Source of the DNA: Nostoc sp. DedSLP01
GTDB taxonomy: Bacteria > Cyanobacteriota > Cyanobacteriia > Cyanobacteriales > Nostocaceae
Reading direction: 5' to 3'
DNA length: 64,000 nt
Assembly (NCBI GenBank): GCA_034530875.2
Contig: JAVRCJ020000022.1
Span: 32,001-96,000, forward strand
This document shows positions 1-12,474 of this stretch, piece after piece. The position numbers were made by a program, and so were the translations under genes. The number at the start of each line of letters is the position of its first letter. Positions within the stretch are counted from its first letter, which is position 1. Under the pieces are notes generated by a model. The model was given only the letters and a program-made list of their open reading frames with translations. It was not told the DNA's origin and ran no database searches.

Positions 1-1039
1 GCTAATTGGAAATGCAGGGCCAGATAACTCTAGTATAATATCTGCTACAACTTTCGGTCTCGGCGAGTCTGGAAAAGTGACAATTCATACAGAAAAATTG
101 ACTGTCCGAGATAAAGCTGAAGTAAATGTGAGTGTTTTGGGAGATGGACGCAACCAAGGAAGAACATCGGGTGAAATTAATGTAACTGCTCGCTCTATCC
201 TGCTTGACGGAGGAAAACTCACATCTAATAGTGAATCAGGTGCAGGCGGAAATATTTCGCTACAGGTGCAGGACTTATTACTGATGCGCGGCCAAAGTAA
301 AATAACCACTAACGCTGAGGGTAATAGAGATGGTGGGGGTAACATCACCATCACTGCACCAAATGGCTTCATCGTCGCCCCTGTTTTTGGAAATAGCGAT
401 ATTACCGCCAATGCTAACTTTGGCTCTGGTGGCAAAATCGAAATCACCACTAAAAAGATCTTTGGATTTGTAACACGCACCCGTGAAGATGTAGATAGAC
501 TTGACCCAACAGGCCAAATCAATCCAAATAACCTGCCAACAAACGACATCACGGCGTTTTCTCAGCAAAACCCTTTACCTTCATTCAGTGGCACAGTACA
601 AATCAATTCACCAGATGTTGACCCCAGCAAAGGATTAGTGCAATTGCCGATAAATCTGGTTGATGCTTCACAGCAAATAGTTGCCAATTGTGGTTCTAGT
701 GCAAAAATGGCCAGCAGTTCGTTCAATAACATTGGGCGTGGAGGAACAGCACCCGATCCTACACAGCCATTGACGGCTGATGCAGTGTTGGCAGATTGGA
801 TAATACTGAATCCAGAAAGTGAGAATCCTGCTGAGGGTATGAAGAATAGAGTGGTTGTTCAGAAGCAACGAAACACACACATACCACAGAAATTGAATTA
901 TATCAATGAATCTGCTGAAATTGTCGAAGCCCAAGGATGGATAACGGATGCCGATGGTAACGTGGTTCTGGTTGCTCAGATACCTACTACAACACCCTAC
1001 AATTCATCTCTCGTGGCTGCATCTTGCGCTGCTCATTAG
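1..1039 (+). CDS. Filamentous haemagglutinin-like (TpsA / S-layer family) exoprotein, C-terminal part; start lies upstream of the window
   Basis: Gly/Asn-rich beta-helix repeats (GGNISL, GGNITI, SDITANA..GSGGKIEI) and the typical cyanobacterial C-terminus (GRGG..P.P, IVEAQGW...DGNVVLVA). Confidence 0.85.
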   Translation, partial: LIGNAGPDNSSIISATTFGLGESGKVTIHTEKLTVRDKAEVNVSVLGDGRNQGRTSGEINVTARSILLDGGKLTSNSESGAGGNISLQVQDLLLMRGQSKITTNAEGNRDGGGNITITAPNGFIVAPVFGNSDITANANFGSGGKIEITTKKIFGFVTRTREDVDRLDPTGQINPNNLPTNDITAFSQQNPLPSFSGTVQINSPDVDPSKGLVQLPINLVDASQQIVANCGSSAKMASSSFNNIGRGGTAPDPTQPLTADAVLADWIILNPESENPAEGMKNRVVVQKQRNTHIPQKLNYINESAEIVEAQGWITDADGNVVLVAQIPTTTPYNSSLVAASCAAH

Positions 1040-1084
1040 AATTTGAGAGATAGCACATAACAGGCAAGGAGCAAAGAAGAATAA

Positions 1085-1168
1085 TAGACATCTCCAGAAA
1101 TTAAATATGCGTTATCCAGTAGAGACGTAGCATTGCTACGTCTCTACATTCATTTTTGGAGATGTCTA
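1085..1168. mobile_element. MITE with TAGACATCTCC terminal inverted repeats and an internal GTAGAGACGTAGC hairpin (copy 1)
   Basis: Ends TAGACATCTCC...GGAGATGTCTA (TA termini). Internal palindrome GTAGAGACGTAGCATTGCTACGTCTCTAC. An inverted relative lies at 24281-24374. Confidence 0.8.
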
Positions 1169-1191
1169 ATTAATAACCAATGCCCTATGCC

Positions 1192-2271
1192 CTAATTCGT
1201 CTCCTGAATCTGCAAACGTACTGTGTGTTCTGTAGTGCCACTCAGTTGTAATTCCATGATTTCGCCGCCTAGAGGCTCTAAACAACTGAGGAGCGATCGC
1301 AAGTTGGGCGTACTTGCGCCAGTATCGACATACAATCTATCTGCCAAATTGCCGATACGTTTCCAAGTCATGTACAGTTTGGCGATAGTTTGTTCGATTT
1401 GCGATGCTTGATTGACTAAATCGGCAGCAATGCTCAAACAGCCGACTCTTTGCGCTTCTTCTAAAGCTGTTTCGATATCAACGTTTTCCTGTGCTAATGC
1501 CTGGACTTGAGCCGCACCTTTGAGATATTTTGCTAAGTTACGCGCTTCTGTAGTTACTTGTTTTAAGGTATCTACATCCGGATTGGCAGCTATTTCTTTT
1601 TGGATAAACTTTTGATGGGATTCCGGCAGTTTTTCCATTTCCTTTACCAGAGGAGCAATGTAGCGCGGCGGAAGGGTGTTATCTGCGGCTTTTGCCCTGA
1701 CTGGTTCGGGTAGTAATTCTGAGGACATCGCTGTCCATTCATCGGTGAGTTGTCGGACTTCGCGCCTGGTGATGCGATCGCCTTTTTGGGCGGCTTCACT
1801 CACCATTTGTTGTACTTCTGGTACTGCTTTGGAAGTTTCAACAAATGCCCGTTTGCTAAAGTTATTCACTGCCTCAGGGTCTAGTTTGCCTTCTTCTAAA
1901 AGCGTATCAGCACTATTAGCCAGTTGAATCCAGGCATAAGCTTGACTTTTGCTAATTTCTCGCTCTTTTAGCCATCTGAGAAAACCCGTACCGCGTCCGT
2001 CACCACCAATTTTCTCTCTGTCGCGGATCGCCCGTAAAATTCGCCCCCGCCAGATTTCAGTTTGCAAATCGAAGCGATCGCATACTTGCCAAGCTATTTC
2101 CAGCTGTTGTTGAAAATCTGAGTCTAGAATCTGTTCGTCTTCAGGATCGGGCAGTTCAAAGGTGAGATCGGCTGGTTGTTGCAAAGCAGCAGCAAGGTCG
2201 TTGATGGAGTCGGTATCTTGCACAATTGATGAGTAACGAGTAGTATATGCGACCGGCTTATTATGCCACAA
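1192..2271 (-). CDS. Conserved cyanobacterial hypothetical protein (true start possibly GTG at 2223)
   Basis: 359-codon ORF with normal composition and a helical/coiled-coil character; no family recognised. Confidence 0.75.
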   Translation of the reverse strand: MWHNKPVAYTTRYSSIVQDTDSINDLAAALQQPADLTFELPDPEDEQILDSDFQQQLEIAWQVCDRFDLQTEIWRGRILRAIRDREKIGGDGRGTGFLRWLKEREISKSQAYAWIQLANSADTLLEEGKLDPEAVNNFSKRAFVETSKAVPEVQQMVSEAAQKGDRITRREVRQLTDEWTAMSSELLPEPVRAKAADNTLPPRYIAPLVKEMEKLPESHQKFIQKEIAANPDVDTLKQVTTEARNLAKYLKGAAQVQALAQENVDIETALEEAQRVGCLSIAADLVNQASQIEQTIAKLYMTWKRIGNLADRLYVDTGASTPNLRSLLSCLEPLGGEIMELQLSGTTEHTVRLQIQETN

Positions 2272-2387
2272 TCTGTGAATTCTAACTTAGGGGGTAAGAC
2301 GGTATTTTCAGTTACCACCGAACTAGAATAAAGGAGTAAAGCACCTTAGTAAGATTTTTAATTATTCATAACAATAAAAATAAAACG

Positions 2388-3374
2388 ATGAACCAGGTAG
2401 ACTACCTCCGCATTAGTTTAATAGATCGTTGCAACTTCCGTTGTCAATACTGTATGCCAGAGGGAGTAGAACTGGACTATATTCTCAAGCAACAGCTATT
2501 GACTGATGAAGAACTGCTCGCTTTAATCCGAGAAGTATTTATTCCTCTAGGTTTTAGCCGCTTCCGTTTGACTGGCGGCGAACCATTATTACGTCCCGGT
2601 GTGGTGGATTTGGTTGGGGCGATCGCTTCTTTTCCCCAAACTCAAGATTTGTCAATGACCACTAACGGGTTTTTGCTGGCCCCAATGGCGCAAAACCTCT
2701 ACAACGCAGGTCTGCGGCGCATTAATATTAGTCTGGATTCTCTCGACTCCGACACTTTCGACCAAATTATTGGCAATCGCGGTCGTTCTCGTTGGCAACA
2801 AGTCTGGGACGGAATTCAAGTCGCTTACCAAGTTGGATTTGACCCACTGAAGCTGAATGTGGTGGTCATTCCTGGCGTTAACGATGGCGAAGTTCTAGAT
2901 TTAGCTGCCCTGACAATTAATAAACAGTGGCATATCAGATTTATTGAATTCATGCCCATTGGCAATTTCGATTTATTTGGCGATCGCGGTTGGGTTTCTT
3001 CAGCGGATTTACGCCAACGCATCCGCGATCGCTGGGGCTTGACAGAATCCCAAGTTCGTGGTGCTGGCCCTGCCGATGTGTTTCAAATTCCTGGAGCCAA
3101 GGGAACGCTAGGATTTATTAGTCAGATGTCGGAATGCTTTTGCGATCGTTGTAACCGGATGCGCCTGAGTGCTGATGGTTGGCTGCGTCCGTGTTTATTG
3201 AATGAAACTGGTCAACTCGACCTCAAGACTGCTTTGCGTTCTGGCACTAGTACTGCTCAACTACGAGAGCAAGTGAGGCGTTTACTTGCAATCAAGCCAG
3301 AAATCAACTTTAAAGCCCGCGATCCTGGTACTCAGGGTATATACACGCGCACGATGTCGCAAATTGGCGGCTAG
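2388..3374 (+). CDS. moaA: GTP 3',8-cyclase MoaA (molybdenum cofactor biosynthesis, radical SAM)
   Basis: [19 protein letters not shown] (CxxxCxxC), TGGEP, C-terminal cluster [11 protein letters not shown], terminal MSQIGG. Confidence 0.97.
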   Translation: MNQVDYLRISLIDRCNFRCQYCMPEGVELDYILKQQLLTDEELLALIREVFIPLGFSRFRLTGGEPLLRPGVVDLVGAIASFPQTQDLSMTTNGFLLAPMAQNLYNAGLRRINISLDSLDSDTFDQIIGNRGRSRWQQVWDGIQVAYQVGFDPLKLNVVVIPGVNDGEVLDLAALTINKQWHIRFIEFMPIGNFDLFGDRGWVSSADLRQRIRDRWGLTESQVRGAGPADVFQIPGAKGTLGFISQMSECFCDRCNRMRLSADGWLRPCLLNETGQLDLKTALRSGTSTAQLREQVRRLLAIKPEINFKARDPGTQGIYTRTMSQIGG

Positions 3375-3485
3375 TCAACCCCTTTGGGAATTCAAAATTC
3401 AAAGTTAATTGGCTCAAGGTCTGTCAAATTCCCGTTAATTTATTGGCTCTGTATCCTTATTGAAAATCTCCAATTTGCTGCCAAG

Positions 3486-3983
3486 CTACAAAATACTTGG
3501 CCAGGATAGAGTCAGTAACATAATCAAATTACTTGACCAAAACAAAAGCAACAGCCACAAGGCACTATTAATTATCCTGAAGTTCGCTGCCTCGAAAACA
3601 GCAGTTTTAAGGAATTGCTGTCCATACCAAAGTTGCCAAACTCGAAATGCAGTGTAAACTGTACCAATAATTACCACTAAACTTGGTAACCAAACTCTAC
3701 TGACTATTTGTTCGGTGAGAATTTGGATAATAATAACTAGCAAGTAGAAGCCAAAGATTTGGCGAATTTCAGGATACTTAAACCAAATTACAAATGTAAT
3801 TGTAGGAAGAATAAGTCCAATAGCGATCGCTAACAGTATCCAAATTTTAATAAATCTCTGTCCAGCGTCGCTATAGTGAATTATTGGACTAATTGGTAAT
3901 ATTCCAATTGAAGTCAGCCAACCAACAAATACTACTACTAAAGTTGCCAGTACTATAAAGATAAATGTCTTTCTCCAAGTCAT
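3486..3983 (-). CDS. Hypothetical integral membrane protein (about 5 TM helices)
   Basis: 165-aa ORF with ATG start and several long hydrophobic segments. Confidence 0.7.
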   Translation of the reverse strand: MTWRKTFIFIVLATLVVVFVGWLTSIGILPISPIIHYSDAGQRFIKIWILLAIAIGLILPTITFVIWFKYPEIRQIFGFYLLVIIIQILTEQIVSRVWLPSLVVIIGTVYTAFRVWQLWYGQQFLKTAVFEAANFRIINSALWLLLLFWSSNLIMLLTLSWPSIL

Positions 3984-4048
3984 TAATTGTTTGCTCCGCT
4001 AACTAAGTGAGCTTTAAATATCAACGAACGTTGGTGAGAATTTGACTT

Positions 4049-4166
4049 TATACCATTTCGATATGAAGACGCATAGAAATAACCCCACCGCCTGCGGCAT
4101 CTGCCCTTGGTAAGGGGAGGTTGGGAGGGGTGAAAATAATGTGCAGCTTCACAAAGAATTGGTATT
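4049..4166. mobile_element. MITE-like element with imperfect ATACCA(A)TTC..TGAAG terminal inverted repeats
   Basis: Left end TATACCATTTCGATATGAAG, right end CTTCACAAAGAATTGGTATT, with a GC-rich hairpin core (CCCC...GGGAGGGG). Confidence 0.6.
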
Positions 4167-4208
4167 AGACAAAAGAGGTAACAGCTTTTATTAAATCTCT
4201 ATCTACTA

Positions 4209-4314
4209 CAATACGGTTCAGATAAGCCTTTTTCTCTTCCCCTACCTCCCCTGCTTGCCCTGCTCAAGAACAGCTTGCCTAAACAGATAAATTTCCTTAA
4301 CACCAAGCGTATTG
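4209..4314. mobile_element. MITE with CAATACGGTTC TIRs and a 10-bp target-site duplication (older copy)
   Basis: CAATACGGTTCAGATAAG...CTTAACACCAAGCGTATTG, flanked by CTATCTACTA / CTGTCTACTA (9/10 match). Same family as 54306-54440. Confidence 0.75.
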
Positions 4315-4524
4315 CTGTCTACTAATGGTGTCATCCATCCATTGCCGCAAGATATTCAAGTGCAATTGAGTCAGCAGGCATAAAAAATAAAAGAAATAAT
4401 TTGAGCGATCGCTTTCAGGCAGTAGAAATTATTCAAATCAATTACAAAATATGAGTGGAGGAAAACAAACCTCCACTCACACTTTAGAACTTGTCCTTTG
4501 CAAATAACTAAAGACAAATGACTA

Positions 4525-5133
4525 TTACGCTTGTCGTGAGTAGTATTCCACCACAAGTAGTTCGTTAACTTGCAGTGCCACCCATTCCCGTTCAATAACA
4601 CCGTTGACTTTGCCAATCAATTTATTTTTGTCAAACTCCAGATGGCTGGGGAGGTTGGCTAAACCGGGATATTGCAAATTATTTTCTACCAACTTCCGAG
4701 ATTGTTCGCGGTCTCTGACAGCGATCGTTTCACCAGGACGGCATTGATAGCTGGCAATATTAACTACGCGTCCGTTAACAGTGATGTGACCGTGATTCAC
4801 TAGTTGGCGGGCTGCTGGGATCGTTGGAGCTAGACCCAAGCGAAAAACGGTGTTATCCAGACGCATTTCTAGCAATTGCAGCAGAACTTGTCCGGTAGAA
4901 CCAGTAACGCGTCTGGCTTTACGCACGTAACGTAGCAGTTGCTTTTCTGTTAAACCGTAGTTGAAGCGGAGCTTTTGCTTTTCTTCTAGACGGATAGCAT
5001 ACTCAGAGCGCTTTTTGCGGTTCTGACCGTGTTGACCTGGTGGATAAGCGCGTCTAGCGCTTTTACGAGTTAATCCTGGGAGGTCGCCCAAGCGACGTAT
5101 AATTCTGAGGCGTGGCCCTCTGTATCGGGACAT
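4525..5133 (-). CDS. rpsD: 30S ribosomal protein S4
   Basis: [16 protein letters not shown]..., [30 protein letters not shown]. Confidence 0.99.
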   Translation of the reverse strand: MSRYRGPRLRIIRRLGDLPGLTRKSARRAYPPGQHGQNRKKRSEYAIRLEEKQKLRFNYGLTEKQLLRYVRKARRVTGSTGQVLLQLLEMRLDNTVFRLGLAPTIPAARQLVNHGHITVNGRVVNIASYQCRPGETIAVRDREQSRKLVENNLQYPGLANLPSHLEFDKNKLIGKVNGVIEREWVALQVNELLVVEYYSRQA

Positions 5134-5479
5134 GAGTTTCCTTAATCTAATCCTGTTTAAACTTTACCTAAACATTCTATATTGACATCAGAATCCAGAA
5201 TTCAGAACTCAGAATTCAGAAGTCACAAGTCACAAATCAGCAATAAAACCAGCTTTTTGCTTGGCTATCAGACTGAGCTTGTGTACTTAACTTGCCTTGA
5301 AATCTGCTCTCTTTTTCAAAGAGTCATCATATTAACACAATTTATTATAATAACACAGTTTACAGTATACTAACCCAGTTTAGTCCCCGATTCCAAATCC
5401 TAAATTCTGAATTCTGACTCCTGAATTCTGAGTTCTGAATTCTGATATTTGAGTTAGCATTACTTTGGGTGTTTGGAGA

Positions 5480-6106
5480 ATGGCAATGTTAAAAAGCAAA
5501 AAAGCGGTTAGCAAAAGTCAGGTTTTAACAGTACCAGTTTTGGCAATAGCTGGATTATTGACAGCGATTTTACCTGATATGGCGATCGCTGCCTCCTACA
5601 GGAATGATTACAGTATTTGTGCAGAAGGTCTTTTGAAGGTTGGCATCACACCAGAAGCAGCATCACAAGGTTGTGCCCAGGCACTGCGTCCCAGAGATCT
5701 TGGTGCTTGTGTCGTTAAAATTGACAAGGGAACTGAAATTACAGCCGCAGATGCCCTGTCTTACTGTGGGAGAGCTAGGCGTCCTGAGGAATTAGCTACC
5801 TGTGTAGTCGGTGTCAGTTCATTGACCAAGGAAGCAGTTAATCCAGCAGTTTTAAATTACTGCGGCCGCAGTTTATTGCCCGTGCGCTTTGGTCAGTGTG
5901 TGGTTGGATTACTTGGTAAAATCGAACTTCCTCCCACTCAGGCTTTGGACACTTGTATCGATGGCAGTGACAGCAGTGTTATCGGGGTTTCATCTTCACC
6001 TACATCACCGAATCTATTCCCTGGAAGTTCAAGTCCTAGTACGGAGACTGCACCATTCCCAACGCAACCCGTTGCGCCAACGCAACCTCAGCCCGGTACT
6101 AATTAA
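5480..6106 (+). CDS. Secreted Cys-repeat hypothetical protein with a Pro/Ser/Thr-rich tail
   Basis: Signal-peptide-like N-terminus (AIAGLLTAILPDMAIA), repeated C..A.RP..L..CV motifs, GGAG RBS before ATG 5480. Confidence 0.8.
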   Translation: MAMLKSKKAVSKSQVLTVPVLAIAGLLTAILPDMAIAASYRNDYSICAEGLLKVGITPEAASQGCAQALRPRDLGACVVKIDKGTEITAADALSYCGRARRPEELATCVVGVSSLTKEAVNPAVLNYCGRSLLPVRFGQCVVGLLGKIELPPTQALDTCIDGSDSSVIGVSSSPTSPNLFPGSSSPSTETAPFPTQPVAPTQPQPGTN

Positions 6107-6395
6107 ATTAAGTGCTTTGCAATTTAATGATTGTTAGATTTTAAATTTTGGAATTGAAAATTCAAAACTTAAAATCTAAAAATATCTGAAGCACTTAACT
6201 TTATTGGTTCGCTCTAAATCCTATGTATTTTTTAAGGATTTTCAGCTAATCAAGTTAAGAGGGTAGTATACATAGCTGTACTACCCTCTTACTGATTTTG
6301 CTTTCAATAAACCTGAGTTCGACGAACTTCTGGGTGCGTTGAACTTTAGTTCAAGCTCGTCCCTCTTCGAGCTGGAGAGGGACTGTTTTGAGTAA

Positions 6396-6490
6396 TATAG
6401 CGGTTCCCAATCAAATGAGGTAGAGAAATTTGTAGGGGCGCAAAGCTTTGCGCCCCTACCTTGTACTTCACTAGAATAGGAAATGCTATA
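6396..6490. mobile_element. MITE with TATAGC TIRs enclosing a GTAG-type REP-like hairpin
   Basis: TATAGCGGTTCCCA...TAGGAAATGCTATA; internal palindrome GTAGGGGCGCAAAGCTTTGCGCCCCTAC. Confidence 0.7.
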
Positions 6491-6758
6491 AAACTTCTTA
6501 GAGGTTTTTTAATTAAGTAAATAGGGTGGACAATATATGAGCTATTTAATTCAATTCTTCATTAGTACTAATAACTAATGACTAATAACTAATGACTAAA
6601 TATTTTTTTGACGTAGCTTCGTTGGGGCTAAAAAATTATCAATTTAGAGGCAATACTAGATGCTATGCAAATAGACCTTTTTAAATTTTGAATTTTGAAC
6701 CTTCAATCCAAAATCCAAAATTTAAAATTTAGAATTTGGTGAATTTTGCACAGTTTTA

Positions 6759-7694
<936 letters not shown>

Positions 7695-9256
7695 TTAATC
7701 GAGTGAAAATAGGTAGTATACACCTGGCTGAAGATAATGTCTTTACTTCAGACTATATTAGTATGCGATAACTCTGAAATTTGCGGTAGCATAATCTACG
7801 ATTATCGCATATTTTCTGGAACAAAGACTTATTCAGTATTATTACCATAAGTATCTTTGCATCTATCTGCCCAGAAAATTCACGAGACATCACCAAGTAT
7901 AAGTTGACGATGGTCTATGTCCTCAAAGTCAATTGTGTTGCAATTAATCTACAAAGCTTTTAAGTTCTAGAGTTTTTTTTAGTTTTTTGTCCTGGAAGAG
8001 CAATTGCGTCAAGCTGTTTACAGCTAATTATGACACGATGCTAATTCAAAGAGAAAACTAAATTTACAAGGTTCATCTGGGATATATATAAACTCAAAAA
8101 AGATTGTTTATTTAGCTTTGATAAATTACTTGTAGTACACGAGTGACTATAAATAATAGCGAGTTAGAACACGGAAATTGGTTACCAGGTGTACCAACAT
8201 TTGCAAGTTTAGCAAAATGGACTGTTGTCAGTTCTCATCCTGTTCACAACCTCCAGTGATGTCTCGGCCATAGAGCTTGTTGGCTTGAAGAAAAACTGTA
8301 GACATCAAGTAGAGCAAATAATTTCAACTTACAAATACCTGTTTTTTCAAACATTGTTATTGATTCTACCATTATTTTTTATTTTGGAATATGTTTATAT
8401 CTTTTTAAATTAATAAAAAATCTATATTTAAATTGTTTATACTTTTAAAAAGTCAGGGTTTCTTGATATTCTCAAAAGCCTAAATTATTAGAGCCTAATT
8501 TATCTTTTTGTACTCTTGGAGTAACTCCTAAAGCTACAAAAAAGACAAAATTAGCTGTATGACTTTTGAGCTTTTTTGAACTACAAAATTAGCGATACAT
8601 AAAAAATGTCATAAAACATATTGGCTCCAATTCTCTAAATTATTAAAGAGTTTTTAGAAATTAATTTATATTTATTTCATAAAATAATTTTGAATTCTCA
8701 TTATCTATCGGAGAGAACAGCTAAGAGGTAACGGCCAAAAAATACCGTATTTTTTGGGATTATGGCTTTCGATCGCAAAGAACTTCTGGCAACCAAAGTA
8801 TGAAACTTGTCTAAGTTCTATAAATGCACAAGAGCTTACAAGATTTTTTCAAAGCGATCGCAAGTGTATTAAAAAGCTTAGATCCGGGTAAATCCTTTGA
8901 ATAAAGATAGGGGAAAGGGAATTCAATTACAGATGTTTTACTCATCGCGGATGGCTGGCTACCAGTGGGGTGCTTTTGAGCAACAAGGAGTGGAGAGCAG
9001 GGGTAGAAAGTGTTGCTTTGATTTGTAGGCGATCGCTGCATATATTCATGTAGCGACAATAGTCTGTCAAGCTGAAAAAACAACTTAGTATAGACATTGG
9101 TGCTTTTACTTCCAAAGCTTGTTGCAATAGCCTCAACTCCTTGTAAATCTGCTCTATGGACAAGTACTCATAATCAACTAGCTGAGTCAGTATTACTCAC
9201 ACTACTCATATATACGTGTTTTCCTATCTCTATCAGGCTAAATCTATAAAAATGCT

Positions 9257-9283
9257 TGATGGTAGCTTTAATAGCTACCATCA
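9257..9283. terminator. Hairpin downstream of sepJ (probable terminator)
   Basis: TGATGGTAGCT-TTAAT-AGCTACCATCA, a perfect 11-bp stem. Confidence 0.6.
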
Positions 9284-9328
9284 CACCGAATAAAGTTATT
9301 ATCTGTCCACCCCGCAATGACTGGTAAT

Positions 9329-11866
9329 TTAATTAGCAGGAGTAGAGGGTTTAATTTGATTTCGCATTGTTTCAAAGCTGAAAGCGGCTGCACCAAAAGT
9401 TACGAACAATACTCCTAGAATTTGGACAATATCCAAATTTTCTTGAATGATTAACCCAGCGAAAATCACGGTTAAAACTGGAATGCTGCCGCCAATGAGA
9501 GCCGATCGCGAAGCTCCTAGTTTAGCGATCCCAGCATTGTTGAGCAAATAGGCAGAAAGAGTTAAAACGCCCAAAATAAAGGCGCTTAAAATCAGTTCCA
9601 GCATTTTTGTGGGATCGATAAACAAGTTCCATTCGCTTGGTAAAGGTAACATCAAGCAGATGAAACTCAACAGCAACATGGTAGTGAAGTTGATTAAAGT
9701 AAAAGTCACTGGATGTAGTTTACTAGCGCACACCCGCGTCAGAATGATATAAGCAGCAAAGGCTGCGCCAGAAATAATCGCGGCGCTACTTCCTAATGAA
9801 GTATTACCGATCGCACTGCTGGAAGAAGCTCCTAAAACCAATAATTCACCGCAGCAGATAGCAGCGATCGCTCCGATACGAAATATAGTAGGGCGATCCC
9901 CCAACAAAAACCACGAGAATAAACCGCTAATCATGGGATAGACGAAGAAAAGAGCGATCGCCATTCCAGTCGGTACTTGAGCGATACCAATATAGATTAG
10001 TACTTGGGACAAAAATAAAAAGCACCCACTGATAATTGACAACAGCAAAATCTGCTTTGTACTTGCATTGGTAGCTGTGGGATTTCCTCTGACTGAACCA
10101 ATCAAGTTTTCCAAATCTTGCCACAGTCTTGGATGCAGTATAGGAGACAACAGTACCAACAGTGGTACTACTACCATAAATCGTAGGGTCAAAATTAAGA
10201 AAGTATTACCCAAAGTCGGTGGTAGCAAGCGCTCTACATCAACTACGCCAAAAATCTGCGAACCTTCGTGAAAAATCACCTTGATGGCTACGTTGTAAAG
10301 CGAGGATAAAACTGTAGACAACACAATCAGCAAGAAACCGATTTGAATTGAAGATAAACCTGAATTACGGGATCTTCGTTGCAACGGTTTTGCTTCCTGT
10401 GACGGCTCTAGCGCAGTCACAGGTGTAGGTTTAGTTTTGCTTTGGGGAACGCTTTTGCGGAGAACAGAAGCTAGTTCCGGAGCATTAATTTTGAGTGAAG
10501 GTTGTGAAGGTTGTGTTGGTTGCTGGGGAACTGATGTCGTAGAACCTTCTGATAGAGTTTCACTTTCTGAAAAGTCGTTGCTCAGAACAGAAATTGGTTC
10601 GGTGGGATTTTCTTCAACACTAGCCTGCGGTGGAGTTTCACTTTCCCAAAATTCATTGCTCAGAATAGAAACTGGCTCATTGACATTTTCTTGCTCGACA
10701 GTAGACTGCGGTGGAGTTTCGCTTTCCGACAAGTCTTTACCGAAGATAGAAATTGTCTCAATGATATTTTCTTGAAGAACAGTAGGCTGCGATGTTGTAG
10801 TTGTACTTTGCGATAAGTCGTTTTCTTGAACAGTAGGCTGGGGTGGACTTTCGCTTTGTGTCGAGTCGTTGCTGAGGACAGAACTTGGCTCAGTGACTTT
10901 TTCCTGTGGCGGTAGAACTATTGCAGCAGGCTGGGGTGGAGTTTCCCTAATTGAAAAGTCCCGATTGACGGCAGGAAGTGGTTCAGTGAAGTTTTCCTGT
11001 GGCGGTATAACTATAGCAGCAGGCTGTGGTGGAGTTTCGGTAATGGAAAAGCCCCGATCGACGGTAGGAATTGGCTCGGGGGGGTTTTCTCGAACGGCAG
11101 GCTGCGATGGAGTTTCGCTTTGAGTAACTTGATTTGAAGTTGCAGAAATTGGCTCAGGATAACTCCTGGCTTCGGGAGATATCTCCAAGAAAGGATTTTT
11201 CTCTGGCTCTTCTACCTGCAAAACAGTGGGTGTACCTGTTGTTGGTGGTTTGCGTGAAGCTTCTTGTATGGTTTTTTCTAGTTGCCCGTGCAAGCGATTC
11301 ACAAACTCTGTCAAAATCGCTTCCCCTTGCTGCTGTTGGCTGTACATCCGTGACAGCTGTTGGGAAAGATTGCTTTGATAATTCTTTAATTCTTGTTGCA
11401 GCGAATTAAAAGTGATAGTAACTGTGTCATCAAGACTGTCAAACATGTGTTCGACTTTTTCATTGATTTCACTTACTACATTGCTGCTGACTTCAGCAGA
11501 TTTCAGCGCAGCTTGTTCGTAAGATTGGCCTTCTATATTTTGCGTAGCTAAATTTGTCAGAGATGATTGCAGTTGCGAAGATATATGCTTTGCCAGAACT
11601 TCTGCAAGTTGGCGAATTAATACTTGCTGCTCAGTAATTTGCCGTACTTGTTGTAAATGCTCTTTTTCTTCTTGTAAGCTTTGAATGTCATCAGATAACC
11701 GATTTTTTTCTGCCTGGAGCCGCTTGACATCTTCTTGCAATGCTCTGAGGACATTCTGCTGGAGATTTTCTAGATCCTCAACTACAGCCCAGAGAGCATT
11801 CTCTGCTGCTCTGGAGAGTTCGCCTCTGGATCGCGGATTTTCTGGTTGCTTCTCGAATCGCCCCAT
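9329..11866 (-). CDS. sepJ: Septal junction protein SepJ (FraG): coiled-coil, Pro/Ser-rich linker, DMT/EamA permease
   Basis: MGRFEK..RGELSRAAENALWAVVEDLE coiled-coil, repetitive SETPPQP linker, about 10 C-terminal TM helices, adjacent to hetR. Confidence 0.96.
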   Translation of the reverse strand: MGRFEKQPENPRSRGELSRAAENALWAVVEDLENLQQNVLRALQEDVKRLQAEKNRLSDDIQSLQEEKEHLQQVRQITEQQVLIRQLAEVLAKHISSQLQSSLTNLATQNIEGQSYEQAALKSAEVSSNVVSEINEKVEHMFDSLDDTVTITFNSLQQELKNYQSNLSQQLSRMYSQQQQGEAILTEFVNRLHGQLEKTIQEASRKPPTTGTPTVLQVEEPEKNPFLEISPEARSYPEPISATSNQVTQSETPSQPAVRENPPEPIPTVDRGFSITETPPQPAAIVIPPQENFTEPLPAVNRDFSIRETPPQPAAIVLPPQEKVTEPSSVLSNDSTQSESPPQPTVQENDLSQSTTTTSQPTVLQENIIETISIFGKDLSESETPPQSTVEQENVNEPVSILSNEFWESETPPQASVEENPTEPISVLSNDFSESETLSEGSTTSVPQQPTQPSQPSLKINAPELASVLRKSVPQSKTKPTPVTALEPSQEAKPLQRRSRNSGLSSIQIGFLLIVLSTVLSSLYNVAIKVIFHEGSQIFGVVDVERLLPPTLGNTFLILTLRFMVVVPLLVLLSPILHPRLWQDLENLIGSVRGNPTATNASTKQILLLSIISGCFLFLSQVLIYIGIAQVPTGMAIALFFVYPMISGLFSWFLLGDRPTIFRIGAIAAICCGELLVLGASSSSAIGNTSLGSSAAIISGAAFAAYIILTRVCASKLHPVTFTLINFTTMLLLSFICLMLPLPSEWNLFIDPTKMLELILSAFILGVLTLSAYLLNNAGIAKLGASRSALIGGSIPVLTVIFAGLIIQENLDIVQILGVLFVTFGAAAFSFETMRNQIKPSTPAN

Positions 11867-12474
11867 TAGCTTTTAACCTCTAACACCTTGACAATAAAGC
11901 TGCTTCCCGTAAACTTGACTGGCAATCATACTAATTTCATGTATTTTGTCAGATAAATAAAAATGCTATTACAGCACTTCGGCATTTCAACGTAATTCTG
12001 TCATGCTGGACACAAGGTTAGCAAAACATTATCACTTTCGGAAATTTAAAATTTGTTTTAACAAGTTGAACTACTGTTTTGTTCTGATTGCCAGATTTAA
12101 AGCAACTGCCGTCTGATAGCCGAAAATCGACCTCAGCTGTTCCGAAAAATTCACGCATTACAATTGTGTAAGTTCTATACCGATTATTGTAGTGGCAATA
12201 GTATTATCAAATACTCACTCGTAAGTGCCCGATCGCCACAAATTTGTCTAACTTGCAAAACTAACTCTAAATTCTTGTGGAATGTAACTTGACTGACAGT
12301 TTACATCTCTAATGGAGATTAAAGTATCTTTCTGTAGAAATTTTAAGTTACGCTATCCCCTGCAAAACATTCTAATAAATGAGCAGCGATTGTGCAAAAA
12401 CAAGGTTTTTGAATGTTTTTGCAGTTTAGATTTTGCAGGGACTAGAGCGAAAAATTAAAAAAATATAATAATTC

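Noticed and set aside
7800..8000. DIF1 motif in the hetR promoter
   Set aside because: Only TCCAGA/TCTAGA-like variants with the wrong spacing to a GTA element were found.
8811..9163. Two overlapping short ORFs upstream of hetR
   Set aside because: Non-ATG starts, mutual overlap and no recognisable family; not supportable as CDS.
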